Virus record (IMG/VR): IMGVR_UViG_3300046786_000748
Coordinates: 32,001-96,000 of that record
Strand: one strand, 5' to 3'
DNA: 64,000 bases
Origin: a virus
The translations under genes were made by a program, and so were the position numbers. The notes below the pieces were generated by a model. That model was not told the origin of the DNA. It saw nothing but the letters and a program-made list of their open reading frames with translations, and searched no databases. Below are positions 16,488 to 25,841 of this stretch, one piece after another. Position 1 is the first letter of the stretch. The number at the start of each line of letters is the position of its first letter.

Positions 16488-18215
16488 TTATACTTGATTT
16501 AAATCGCCTACCAAAATGCGCCCGTAAAATTCTGGGCGGACTATCTTCTTCGCATATCTTGTCATTACACCACGTCTTGGCGTGAAGTTCACTGGATCGT
16601 AGACTAGAGGAGTCTGAACGAGTGGGATATATGGAGCATAGACAGCACCAGTTTCGAGGAAGTTATTTCCACGGAAACCAACAAGAATTACGTTGTCGGT
16701 CATATATGGGTTCTTGTAAACCTGGAATCTTGAAGCAAAGCTTCCGACTCTGGTTACGCCCATTGCGAACTTGGCTTGGTCACCATCGGTATTTACTGCC
16801 CATCCTGGGATGGATTCAAGGATGGTTGCGACATCTGGCGAGCAAACGAGGAAGTTAGCACCACCACGGAGGGTCAACTGGTGAATCTTGTTACTAACCT
16901 TCTGAATCTTGATACCCAACGTGCGGTACCATGTATCCTTGGTGTAATATCCACCTGTTCCTGCAACGGATTGATCAACGACTGCGTATGTTCCATCACC
17001 GTTGGAGAGGATTTCACGATTGAGCTTAGCAGACCATCTTTCGGTGGTGATTGCTGGAGCATTCGTGATTAACATGTCGAGGATTTCAAGGTCGATTTCC
17101 ATTGAAACGTACTCAGACAACAGAGCAGTAAGTTCTGCTTCTGCGTCAATGCTGTGATAAGCATTCAAGTCTTGAGCAAGTTCTGGAGTCCAGACTGCTT
17201 TCAACTTACGAGTCTTGGCGACGATAGGTTCGCTCTTAAGTTCCAAATTAACTTCTGGGATACCGATATCGTTATTTAATCCAAATGTAGCATCTGGAGA
17301 ACCACGATCTTCGAAGTCACCACGGTTGGCATCTTTAGGCTGTACTGAGTAAATAACAGTCCAAGTTCCACCAGCGGCATTTGCACCACCACCACCCATA
17401 CCTGGAGCACCACCCAATGTTGCGGAAGCAGTTACGAGGAAGACAACTTCGGTTCCGAATTGTTTGGTTAATGCTGGGTAATACGATGCGGATGTATTAG
17501 TTGGAGTAAACAACGATGCGGATTGTGCTGGTCCATAAAGAACAAAGCTACGAACTCCATTTGCGTCGAATACGTTACCAGCTGCTGTGGTCTGTGAATA
17601 GAGGTTAGTTGTAGCAACCTTCCAAATCTTACCAGCGGCCAGTGAAGATGACAAACTTACATCCCAGTTGATATCTTCCATCGAAGCAGAAGAAACTAAG
17701 ACTGTAGCGGTTGTGTTTTTATCATTTACAGTATATCCGAAACGGCCGGAACCATAAAGACCACCGGTTGCTGAATCAGTCGAACCGAGTTTCGTACCCG
17801 TTCCACCGTAAAGAGATTGCGAGGTTGTTCCACCACCCTGACCGTCCTTGTAGAACTGACCTTGGTTTGTTCCATACTTGAAATCAAGATAGAATACGAG
17901 ACCAGAAGGAAGATTCATTGGCTGAACCGAGACGAATTCCTTAGCAGCGATTTCTGCGAATACACGACGAACGAGTGGAAGAGCGACGCCTGCCCATTGT
18001 TCGGAGTTTGAAGATACACCAGTCTGACTGGCTTCTTCGATAAGCTGCTTGGCTTGGTTTTCAAGCAATACAGCCATGTTGGATTTTTCCATGTCATTCT
18101 TCAAACCTTCAAGCAAGCCTGTCTTATCCCACTTGGAGACGAGACCACGGGTTTCTTGCATCAAACGAGCCTGAGGATTCATGGTGTTTGTCAATAGTGA
18201 CTTTACATCATTCAT
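16488..18215 (-). CDS. gp23: Major capsid protein (T4 gp23-like)
   Basis: LPLVRRVF...VQPMNLPSGLVF, AKTRKLKAVWTPELAQDLNAYH, YAPYIPL...FTPRRGVMTRY; AAGGA RBS. Confidence 0.97.
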   Translation of the reverse strand: MNDVKSLLTNTMNPQARLMQETRGLVSKWDKTGLLEGLKNDMEKSNMAVLLENQAKQLIEEASQTGVSSNSEQWAGVALPLVRRVFAEIAAKEFVSVQPMNLPSGLVFYLDFKYGTNQGQFYKDGQGGGTTSQSLYGGTGTKLGSTDSATGGLYGSGRFGYTVNDKNTTATVLVSSASMEDINWDVSLSSSLAAGKIWKVATTNLYSQTTAAGNVFDANGVRSFVLYGPAQSASLFTPTNTSASYYPALTKQFGTEVVFLVTASATLGGAPGMGGGGANAAGGTWTVIYSVQPKDANRGDFEDRGSPDATFGLNNDIGIPEVNLELKSEPIVAKTRKLKAVWTPELAQDLNAYHSIDAEAELTALLSEYVSMEIDLEILDMLITNAPAITTERWSAKLNREILSNGDGTYAVVDQSVAGTGGYYTKDTWYRTLGIKIQKVSNKIHQLTLRGGANFLVCSPDVATILESIPGWAVNTDGDQAKFAMGVTRVGSFASRFQVYKNPYMTDNVILVGFRGNNFLETGAVYAPYIPLVQTPLVYDPVNFTPRRGVMTRYAKKIVRPEFYGRILVGDLNQV

Positions 18216-18255
18216 AATATATGTTTCCTTAATTTATCTAACTTTTTTTGCTCAA

Positions 18256-19545
18256 TTACTTTTTCGCAGGAATACCAGCGAGCTTCTGGAATCTCTGTGC
18301 CATCTGATTAACACCTTCGGTGATAACCTCTTTAGATGGTTTCGTTGACGCTACAGGCTTGGATGCTGCACCCTCGGTGATCGTAGTAACTTGATTGATT
18401 GGGTTCTGCGAGAGAGCCTTTCTCTTCAAGTTTCCACCAAGATTTAATGATTCACACCAATTTGCGTATGTCATCTTAACTTCACGAACGCATTTTGTAA
18501 GATCAAATGCTTCCACGACCTTTGTTTTTTGGTCACGGTTCATACCAAACTCCTTAAACAGCTTGTTCGTGTAAAGCAGTTTTGCGTTTAGTAGATTGAT
18601 CTCATTAAGTTGTTTCTGTAAATACTCTACAGTCTTGTAGGCTTCATTACGTTCAGAAGTTACTTCATTAAGTTGAGTTTGAAGAGCAACGGTTTCATCA
18701 CACTTCTCTTCCTTATCGTCTTCTTCCTTCTCTTCTTCCTTCTCTTCTTTAGCCTCTTCATTGAGACTTGCGAGTAATTCATTCAAATCAATTTCTTCCT
18801 CTTCCATAGGAGCTGGTTCCTCAGTTGGAGGAGCACCGGCGTCTGGTCCACCCATTGGAGGAACTTCGCCGCCTGGAGGAGGAGGCGTTCCACCAACAGG
18901 AGCTTCAACCTTAGAAATTACAACAGTGTCACCACTCTTGATTTCTTGAGATTCTTCGCCTGGGGTTTCTTCGCCTGGAACTTCATCGTCACCTGGAACT
19001 GGAGGTCCGCCGGCGTCACCACCTGGAACTGGAGGCATGTCATCCATAGGAGCAGCACCAGCTTCGGCTTCAAGCTCACGAATAATTTCATCCAAATCTT
19101 CGTTTGTTACAGTTTCTTCAACTGATTCCTCTTCAACAGCACCTTCTGTTGCGTTTTCTTTAACTCCTTTGGGAGTTCCGTCAAATGCGTTACCTTTGTT
19201 ATCCTTAGACCAACCTTTGGTTCCATCTCCACCGTCTTTAGCAGAAGGAATTGTGTTTGGGGTGATGTTTTTATCGGTAGGTTTTGGACCTGCGTTGTCT
19301 TTAGACCAACTCTTAGTGCCATCGTTCTTAGATGGTTTTGCATCCTTTGGTTCTACAGTTTCAGCAACAGGGGCATCGACTGATGGTTGGGATTCGGTTG
19401 CAGAATCTTCTCTCAATTTATCTGCAAATACAGCCGAAAAACGACTGTTAAAAGCTTCCTCAAGGGATGCTTTAGCATTTGCTAATGCTGTGGCTCTAAC
19501 GGCCTTTGCATCGGCAATAGCTTCTTTTAATAGATTACTATTCAT
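18256..19545 (-). CDS. Prohead core/scaffold protein (gp22-like)
   Basis: Immediately upstream of the capsid gene; acidic, Pro-rich and coiled-coil; many [LIV]-x-E sites; LNEINLLNAKLLY...FQKLAGI. Confidence 0.8.
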   Translation of the reverse strand: MNSNLLKEAIADAKAVRATALANAKASLEEAFNSRFSAVFADKLREDSATESQPSVDAPVAETVEPKDAKPSKNDGTKSWSKDNAGPKPTDKNITPNTIPSAKDGGDGTKGWSKDNKGNAFDGTPKGVKENATEGAVEEESVEETVTNEDLDEIIRELEAEAGAAPMDDMPPVPGGDAGGPPVPGDDEVPGEETPGEESQEIKSGDTVVISKVEAPVGGTPPPPGGEVPPMGGPDAGAPPTEEPAPMEEEEIDLNELLASLNEEAKEEKEEEKEEDDKEEKCDETVALQTQLNEVTSERNEAYKTVEYLQKQLNEINLLNAKLLYTNKLFKEFGMNRDQKTKVVEAFDLTKCVREVKMTYANWCESLNLGGNLKRKALSQNPINQVTTITEGAASKPVASTKPSKEVITEGVNQMAQRFQKLAGIPAKK

Positions 19546-19644
19546 AATTACAAGTTTCCTACTTTTGTTTCTGGGGTTATTAGAAGAACCACAATTTAAG
19601 TTAATTTATTTGTGGCGGCGAAGAAGTCGCAGCATTTTTACAAA

Positions 19645-19696
19645 TATAAATATAGAAGAAAAAATCAAAATTATAAAAAACTTCAAGATATTTATT
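19645..19696. promoter_or_regulatory. Back-to-back TATTTAT motifs driving divergent late units
   Basis: TATTTATA on minus strand at 19652-19645 (toward scaffold/capsid); ATATTTATT on plus strand at 19688-19696 (toward ATG 19722). Confidence 0.55.
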
Positions 19697-19721
19697 GATA
19701 ACCGTATCTAAATGTAAACAT

Positions 19722-20429
19722 ATGCCCGCCAAAAGTGAAAAACAACGTAGATTTTTCTACTTGGTAAAAGCCCTTCAAAAAGGAAAGGTTTCACCAAAAA
19801 GAGTTGGTAGTAAAGTTTCCAAAGCAGCATCATCTATGTCATCTAAAGATGTTGATGATTTTACTCATGGAAAAAACCTACCTAAGAAAAAACTAGAAGA
19901 AATTATAGGAGTGTTAAAAAACTTATCGGCTAACGATGAAAATCCAGCCTTTCAAGATCCTGTAACCGATTTAAGAACAGGAGTTGCGAATCCAGATTTA
20001 ACTTTGGAAAACCAATTTGATGATCCAAATCAAACCGAACAAAACCCTATAGCTAAAACTTTTAATCAACAAGGTAACTTTGAAGAATATATTGGAAAGT
20101 TTTCTGGACTAGAACTAAAACCGAAAGAAATAGAATCCATTACTAATTATACTAATGCTAAGCCTACTAAGATGGATAAATTCTTAGTTAGATATGAATC
20201 AACAGACGAGTTTAATAACAACACTATAACCGTAGTTAAAAAATTAAGAGAAGGCACAGATTTAGTATTTACTATTTTTCAATCATCTACACAACAAGGT
20301 GGAACGGAACCTCAAGGTGAAGAACCAACAGGACAAAACGAAATTATAGTAACTAAATCTCGTTCGTTTGTTAATGAAATTGAAGGTGGTAAAATTTTAG
20401 CAGACTTATTACAGAAATTGGACGTATGA
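19722..20429 (+). CDS. DUF3008-like N-terminal domain protein
   Basis: MPAKSEKQRRFF...AASSMSSKDVDDF...LPKKK; start refined from TTG 19695 to ATG 19722. Confidence 0.55.
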   Translation: MPAKSEKQRRFFYLVKALQKGKVSPKRVGSKVSKAASSMSSKDVDDFTHGKNLPKKKLEEIIGVLKNLSANDENPAFQDPVTDLRTGVANPDLTLENQFDDPNQTEQNPIAKTFNQQGNFEEYIGKFSGLELKPKEIESITNYTNAKPTKMDKFLVRYESTDEFNNNTITVVKKLREGTDLVFTIFQSSTQQGGTEPQGEEPTGQNEIIVTKSRSFVNEIEGGKILADLLQKLDV

Positions 20430-20794
20430 TAAAATTAAAACAACTACTAAAAGAAGTTGACGAGGATAAAAACTCAAACATTGCTTCTGTTGAAGATGAA
20501 CGGGAATGGAAAATGCCCGATGTCGATCATATGCTTTCTATGAAATTTGAAAGAGAAGGAGATTCGGTTTTTATTCTAGCAAATCCAGCGATGAAGGTTT
20601 ATAAGATAAAAAACGGACCTTTTGTTTTGGAAGAACCTATAGAAAATCACGAACACAATTTTCAAAAAGGAATTGTTTCACCTATAAAACCACACGGATT
20701 AGCAGCATTTAACCAAAGTAAACAAATCAAAAAGTATGAGTTTCCAACATTTATCAAACTCATAAGATTTTTCGATAACTATAAACAAGATTAA
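20426..20794 (+). CDS. Hypothetical protein with head-targeting-like leader
   Basis: 122 aa; MIKLKQLLKE; ATGA overlap with upstream gene. Confidence 0.7.
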   Translation: MIKLKQLLKEVDEDKNSNIASVEDEREWKMPDVDHMLSMKFEREGDSVFILANPAMKVYKIKNGPFVLEEPIENHEHNFQKGIVSPIKPHGLAAFNQSKQIKKYEFPTFIKLIRFFDNYKQD

Positions 20795-20820
20795 GGATTT
20801 TGAACAATATTTATAAACGT

Positions 20821-21807
20821 ATGAAACTCAAAAAGATTGTAGAAAACATGGACAAAATGCCTTCGACATTGAAGGGATTTAATGAGTCGCCAAAACTTTC
20901 TCCTGAACAAAAGAGAAAATTAATGGAAATGGTAGGTCAATATAACACCCTCGGACAGAAATTAAGAATGGAAGGTGCTTTGATTGAAACTGCCACAGCT
21001 TTAGCTGAAATAGCCGAACTAGCAGAAACCTATGCTTGTAATGAAGCATCCGATTGGTTCGCAACTGAAGTGGTTAAAACCGATTTTAAACGAGCTAAGG
21101 GAATTACAGAAACATTTCAAAAACTCGCCCGTGAATGTCATGGTAAAGTTCAACAGTTGAATGCTCTTTATGAAGACATGGGACACATTCTTGGGCGTTA
21201 TTATGAAATCGCCGACCCAATGGCCGAAGTCTGTCCAAATCCAACAAATGTTAAGAGTCAACGTGGTTTGCCAAATGCACAACCTCAGACAATCATGCAG
21301 GAAGTTAAACCTAATGATAAAAATATCAAATCTCAAAGACAACTCCCATCCGGCGGTTCTGCTCCAACGCAAGTAAAAGAAGTTGCTGTTGACGATAAAC
21401 ACGCAAACATCAAAGGACAACGTGAACTTCCTCACACCAACGGCCCAGCAACGCCTCAAGTAAAAGAAGTTGCTGTTGATGACAAACACGCTAATGTTAA
21501 AGGTCAACGAGATTTGCCTTCTGGCGGACCTACTCCTTATCATCCACCAAAAGATCCACAAGATACCGGTTCAGTTAAAGAAGTAACTGTAAATGATTCC
21601 AATCTTCAATCTCAACGTGAACTTCCACAAGGCGGTCCAGAAGGATATACACCACCCAAGTTAGAAAATCCAAGCCCAGAAGTAAATCCTGCTGGTGCTG
21701 GTGAAATGAATGTTAAAGGTGAAAGAGATGTTCCACAAGGAGGACCATCTAAAGATGTCGCTTATGAGTCTTTTAGATTCAAAGACATTCTAAAATCAAT
21801 TAAGTAA
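20821..21807 (+). CDS. Helical domain plus six-unit peptide array protein
   Basis: Start refined to ATG 20821 (MKLKKIVE), 5 nt after TATTTATA 20808-20815; six N-[VIL]-[KQ]-[SG]-[QE]-R-x-[LV]-P repeats. Confidence 0.75.
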   Translation: MKLKKIVENMDKMPSTLKGFNESPKLSPEQKRKLMEMVGQYNTLGQKLRMEGALIETATALAEIAELAETYACNEASDWFATEVVKTDFKRAKGITETFQKLARECHGKVQQLNALYEDMGHILGRYYEIADPMAEVCPNPTNVKSQRGLPNAQPQTIMQEVKPNDKNIKSQRQLPSGGSAPTQVKEVAVDDKHANIKGQRELPHTNGPATPQVKEVAVDDKHANVKGQRDLPSGGPTPYHPPKDPQDTGSVKEVTVNDSNLQSQRELPQGGPEGYTPPKLENPSPEVNPAGAGEMNVKGERDVPQGGPSKDVAYESFRFKDILKSIK

Positions 21808-21831
21808 TCTGTTGAGTCATATTCATACTAG

Positions 21832-21863
21832 AAGACCGTCAGAAATGACGGTCTTTTTATTTT
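21832..21863 (+). terminator. Intrinsic terminator between convergent units
   Basis: Stem AAGACCGTCA/TGACGGTCTT, GAAA loop, T-tract. Confidence 0.85.
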
Positions 21864-22258
21864 GGCCAAATATAAGGCAAATCAGGAGGTTCATTCCACC
21901 CAAACTGACCATACCAAATTGGATTTTTCCTAATCAAATTTGATCGATGTGATGCGTGGAACTTGTCATCACCAAACCAATTTGGTAATCCTGTATCAGT
22001 AAATTTAGACATTTCCATTTTAATTCTTTCAATCACTGCTGGATAAGGTTTGCCTCTTTCTTCTAAAATTTGACATCCAGCGAGGAGATATAGACCAAGT
22101 TGATATTCATAACCACGCCACATTTTTGAAGCAGGGTGATTCTTCCAACCGCCTCGTATCAATGTATATCCTTCACGCCATATCTGATTCCCCAAACGAG
22201 TTCTATCAAGAACTCGCATGGATTCTAAGAAATTTGGTAATGGAAGAAATGTTTGCAT
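21857..22258 (-). CDS. Pyrimidine-dimer DNA glycosylase family (MSMEG_6728-like)
   Basis: MQTFLP...LDRTRLGNQ...WKNHPASKMWRGY...HASHRSNLIRKNP...LPYIWP; start refined to 22258. Confidence 0.8.
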   Translation of the reverse strand: MQTFLPLPNFLESMRVLDRTRLGNQIWREGYTLIRGGWKNHPASKMWRGYEYQLGLYLLAGCQILEERGKPYPAVIERIKMEMSKFTDTGLPNWFGDDKFHASHRSNLIRKNPIWYGQFGWNEPPDLPYIWPK

Positions 22259-22259
22259 A

Positions 22260-22475
22260 TCAAAACGGAACATCTCCAGTTGGTACAGACCCTAATGAAA
22301 TAGGAAAGTCTCCACGACCATACCACTTTTCTCTAACATTAACAGTGGTGTCATAAGCATCAAGACATCCAACTAAATAATCGGCTAGAATAAAATCTGG
22401 AGTATTCGATCCGTTTTCCATTGAATATTTGTTTATTAGACGTTCAAGTTCTTTTTTAAATTCTTCTTTATTCAT
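22260..22475 (-). CDS. Conserved small phage hypothetical protein
   Basis: LINKYSMENGSNTPDFILADYLVGCL motif; coupled to neighbouring genes. Confidence 0.7.
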   Translation of the reverse strand: MNKEEFKKELERLINKYSMENGSNTPDFILADYLVGCLDAYDTTVNVREKWYGRGDFPISLGSVPTGDVPF

Positions 22476-22999
22476 ACGTCAAATTCTTTTCCATCTAGAT
22501 AACCTTTCTTACCTAAGAAAGCATCTAAATATCTAATAGTAATACCGGCTTCGTTAAACATTTGTTTTGATCTGTGATAATGTTCTGCCCAAGGCCTACC
22601 TACAGTAGTAATTTGTGTTGAAATATCTTCCCACTGTTTGTGAAGAACAATTTCAACAATTCCGCAATTTACAACTCCTCTAGCACAATCCACACAAGGC
22701 ATTCCTTGTGTATAAAGCATTCCACATTCTGTAGGAATACCAAATTTTGCTGCCATGTTAATAACATTTCTTTCAGCATGTTCCATCCAGTGATACTTTT
22801 CAGGACGAACCATTCTTTCGGAGAGATCCTCAACTCCTCTACAAATGCCGTTAAATCCTTCAAGCGGAGCATATCCGTTTTTTACAAGAACCGCTCCAAC
22901 TTTGGTTCGTGGATCTTTTGATTTACGAGCAATTTCATAAACCTTGCCCATAAATAATTCATCCCAAGTAGGCGGTATATAATTTTCAAATTCTTTCAT
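22472..22999 (-). CDS. dCMP deaminase
   Basis: SKDPRTKVGAVLV, HAERN, PCVDC zinc-deaminase motifs. Confidence 0.92.
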   Translation of the reverse strand: MKEFENYIPPTWDELFMGKVYEIARKSKDPRTKVGAVLVKNGYAPLEGFNGICRGVEDLSERMVRPEKYHWMEHAERNVINMAAKFGIPTECGMLYTQGMPCVDCARGVVNCGIVEIVLHKQWEDISTQITTVGRPWAEHYHRSKQMFNEAGITIRYLDAFLGKKGYLDGKEFDV

Positions 23000-23696
23000 T
23001 AACAAAGATTACATCACAATCATCACATCCGTCAACATAATCTATCTGTTTTGCCTTTTCTACAAAACCAAATTGATTAAGATAATCACAAACGTCTTTA
23101 TAAGATGGTTGGTTTTTATATTTAGGTTTCCAACTACATTCTGCTTGAATGACAGATACATTTTTAATCATATCTTCAAACCCTTTAAAAACTTCTATTT
23201 CAAATCCTTGAACATCTATATAAACCAAATCTACTTTTTTTATGTTATTATTTAAACAATAAGTTTTCGCTTTAGCAATAGGAACGGCTTCTGCAAGAAG
23301 TTTTTTGTCAAATAACTCTAAATCAGAACATTCTTCTAAAAAAGAATTTAACCCAGGATTTCTAAACAAATTTAAAATCGCCGATCCATCTGAATTTCCC
23401 AATCCACATAAAACTGATGTTATATTAGGAATACCGGAAACATTATCAAGAATCAATTTGAATGGTACCAGTGATGCTTCAAATAAAAAAACATGAGATT
23501 TCGGAAGGTAGTTGCTCAACAAAATAGCTTCTACGCCATTTAAAGCGCCAATATTAAAAACAACATCCATTTTAATCGGATCAACAAATGTCATCAAAAA
23601 ATCTATCTGTTTTTTGATATTGTCAATTATAAGACCAAATTCACCGTTAAGATTATCATTATAATAAAGTAAATGATTAACTAAATGGTCTTTCAT
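22986..23696 (-). CDS. FkbM-family methyltransferase
   Basis: VFNIGALNG...FEAS...VDLVYIDVQGFEIEVFKG; start refined to 23696. Confidence 0.85.
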   Translation of the reverse strand: MKDHLVNHLLYYNDNLNGEFGLIIDNIKKQIDFLMTFVDPIKMDVVFNIGALNGVEAILLSNYLPKSHVFLFEASLVPFKLILDNVSGIPNITSVLCGLGNSDGSAILNLFRNPGLNSFLEECSDLELFDKKLLAEAVPIAKAKTYCLNNNIKKVDLVYIDVQGFEIEVFKGFEDMIKNVSVIQAECSWKPKYKNQPSYKDVCDYLNQFGFVEKAKQIDYVDGCDDCDVIFVNERI

Positions 23697-23697
23697 T

Positions 23698-24213
23698 TTA
23701 TTTTTTCCAAAATTTTCTGACAACCATTAAAATTTCTCCGAGTTTATTCTGTCCTTTTCCTTCATAAACTCCCCAACAAACATCTTTCCAATGATTCGTT
23801 TCTTCAAGATAAGCATTATCTGTCGATAAAAGTTTTTCTCTTAACCCCTTGTGAACAGCAAATTTTTGAGTAACCAGTTGAAGCATAACATCATATTTAA
23901 CATTATCCCACTCCTTTTTATCCAATAACACACTGCCACCAAGTCTTTTAACTTCTTTAGCATTACACGTTGTAAAAGGTAAACGATCATGCGAATCAAC
24001 CTTCGCAGCTTGATAAGCATGTTCCGTGGAGGGATACTTCAATCCTTCATACCAAATTCCCAATGGACATGGATAAAAGTTGCTCAAATAACGATAATCT
24101 CCAAAAAACCCTTTGATTTCTTTTTCGGAATGAACCGCGTATTCCGGAACTTTTACTTCCGAAACATATTGTTTCTTATCAAGAGCTTTTTTGAGCAATT
24201 CAATTTCTGTCAT
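23698..24213 (-). CDS. NADAR-family protein (YbiA/DUF1768)
   Basis: YLSNFYP...YPSTEHAYQAAK...KF..H..L..KLLST...EE...D..WG...GQNKLGEILM; start refined to 24213. Confidence 0.9.
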   Translation of the reverse strand: MTEIELLKKALDKKQYVSEVKVPEYAVHSEKEIKGFFGDYRYLSNFYPCPLGIWYEGLKYPSTEHAYQAAKVDSHDRLPFTTCNAKEVKRLGGSVLLDKKEWDNVKYDVMLQLVTQKFAVHKGLREKLLSTDNAYLEETNHWKDVCWGVYEGKGQNKLGEILMVVRKFWKK

Positions 24214-24442
24214 TTTTTGACCTTTCTTCTTTACATTCTTCATCTGCTTTTTTGATTGCATCAACCAATTCCTGCCCATCTCCCTTTTTGATTATTTGAA
24301 GCGGCGTTAATCCTTTATAATCTTTCAAAGGAGTATTCAACCATTCTCGGACAACCGCATCTAAAAAGACAGATTTAACCTTTTTTATCATAAGGTTAAT
24401 CTGCTCGGATTGAGAGAGTTCGTCTTTTTGTTTTTTATCCAT
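24200..24442 (-). CDS. Xre/MbcA/ParS antitoxin C-terminal (toxin-binding) domain protein, orphan
   Basis: VF...VREWLNTPLKDYKGLTPLQII..G.G.ELV matches the DUF2384-type W-L-x-x-P-x3-L-x-G-x-x-P-L pattern. Confidence 0.65.
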   Translation of the reverse strand: MDKKQKDELSQSEQINLMIKKVKSVFLDAVVREWLNTPLKDYKGLTPLQIIKKGDGQELVDAIKKADEECKEERSKNDRN

Positions 24443-24443
24443 A

Positions 24444-24665
24444 TCAATCGCTCATATCAGCGTGATGAACATATTTACACTCATCACAAATTGTTACTAC
24501 ATCCGTACATCTATTCATATACTGCGAATTATCAAATTCCCGAGTTTTGTGTTTTGCTTCCATACACTCTTTGACTTTTGGATGATTCCATAATTGCCAT
24601 CCCAAATCAGTGTAATCAACGGGTTTAACAAAACGACCTGCGTTTGGATTTCTTATTAAGACCAT
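24444..24665 (-). CDS. Small Cys/His-containing hypothetical protein
   Basis: 73 aa; C-x4-H...C-x6-CDEC; first gene after a sigma70-type promoter. Confidence 0.6.
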   Translation of the reverse strand: MVLIRNPNAGRFVKPVDYTDLGWQLWNHPKVKECMEAKHKTREFDNSQYMNRCTDVVTICDECKYVHHADMSD

Positions 24666-24671
24666 GATAAG

Positions 24672-24700
24672 ATAATAAACGAAAAAAGAGAGAATGTCAA
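24672..24700 (-). promoter_or_regulatory. Sigma70-type promoter TTGACA-17-TATTAT, probably giving a leaderless transcript
   Basis: -35 at 24700-24695, -10 at 24677-24672, 6 nt before ATG 24665. Confidence 0.65.
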
Positions 24701-24713
24701 TTCTCTCTTTTTT
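24682..24713 (-). terminator. Intrinsic terminator hairpin after nucleotidyltransferase
   Basis: AAAAAAGAGAGAAT/ATTCTCTCTTTTTT inverted repeat with 4-nt loop. Confidence 0.7.
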
Positions 24714-24715
24714 GT

Positions 24716-25834
24716 TTAACGAAGACGTTTGATGTCGTGATATAAACCGTTGATTTTTTTAAAGTCAACTGTTTTTGGAAGTTTGGTGACTTTGTATGCT
24801 TCGTCCAATTTAACTTGCATTTCTTCGGCATACTCCATCACCTTATCATAACTCCAAGCACCCTTCTTGATTGATAAGATTTCGTCTCGATCTGGCCTTT
24901 TAACGATTACTTTGCCTTCCGTTAAGATTTCATAACCCATTCTCATCAACCTAACAAGGTGTGAAGCGTGTTTCGTGTCATATCCTGATTTCTCTTCAAG
25001 AACAGCACGTTCTTTGTTACGATTCTTCTTCCAGTTAACCCAAGACTGATATTTCTCAACCGATCTTTTATAAGCGTATTCAGCTTGAATCAACTTAGCA
25101 ACCTGTTCTGACAAACCAAGGTCATGAACAAGTTTTTGTTGAGCAGATAACCAATAGGCTTCCGGCCAATTATCCCAAGAAACAGATGCTCCAGAAACTT
25201 CTATGATTAACTCCCAGATAGTTTCTTTCAAATCATTTCTCGTCATTTCATCCAAAGGAAACTTGCTAAGGTTCCATTCTTCAAGCTTCTGCTTGACATA
25301 CTTGTTAACCTCGTCAAATCCCCTCGGTGAAGTATCAGGAAGACCAAAATCGGCCCGAGAAGGCTCTTTTAATTCTCCTTCGACAATCCATTTTCGGTGT
25401 CTTTCGATTTTAGCTGCCTGAGCAAAGGCATATCCACTAAACGTGAACTTTGCTTTTGAACTCAAGAATAAATCTCTGTGTTCAAATAAAGAAGATATGC
25501 TCTTATGATACATCAACCTATCGCTTTCATGAGTCCACAATAACTCGATGATGTTTGGGTTAATGTTTGCTGCCAAGATAAAAAACTTTCTCAAAGAATA
25601 AACCGTAGACTCCAGTTTTGGGTTCTTGGGGTTCTTGAGATAAGCACATTGAACTTCAACATCAGGATGATTTTCCGCCTGTTCAAAGTGTTGAAACAAG
25701 TCGTTTTCCACTTCGTCCGGAGGAATACAAATCCCTTTAACGTCAACGTCAGAGGATTCCGTAGCAAGACCATACGCTCGACTTCCGTGGACCGTTAAAT
25801 ATACGAGATTGTCTTTTAACCAGTTAAGATTCAT
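24716..25834 (-). CDS. Pol-beta-superfamily nucleotidyltransferase (RlaP/YcgL-like)
   Basis: HGSRAYGLATESSDVDVKG, NPNIIELLW, GYDTKHASHLVRL; start refined to ATG 25834. Confidence 0.85.
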   Translation of the reverse strand: MNLNWLKDNLVYLTVHGSRAYGLATESSDVDVKGICIPPDEVENDLFQHFEQAENHPDVEVQCAYLKNPKNPKLESTVYSLRKFFILAANINPNIIELLWTHESDRLMYHKSISSLFEHRDLFLSSKAKFTFSGYAFAQAAKIERHRKWIVEGELKEPSRADFGLPDTSPRGFDEVNKYVKQKLEEWNLSKFPLDEMTRNDLKETIWELIIEVSGASVSWDNWPEAYWLSAQQKLVHDLGLSEQVAKLIQAEYAYKRSVEKYQSWVNWKKNRNKERAVLEEKSGYDTKHASHLVRLMRMGYEILTEGKVIVKRPDRDEILSIKKGAWSYDKVMEYAEEMQVKLDEAYKVTKLPKTVDFKKINGLYHDIKRLR

Positions 25835-25841
25835 AATAACT

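Noticed and set aside
19037-19711. 224-aa plus-strand ORF and other antisense ORFs in the track (e.g. 21019-21561, 54383-54805, 55716-56174)
   Set aside because: They are shadows of well-supported genes on the opposite strand, with no motifs or expression signals.
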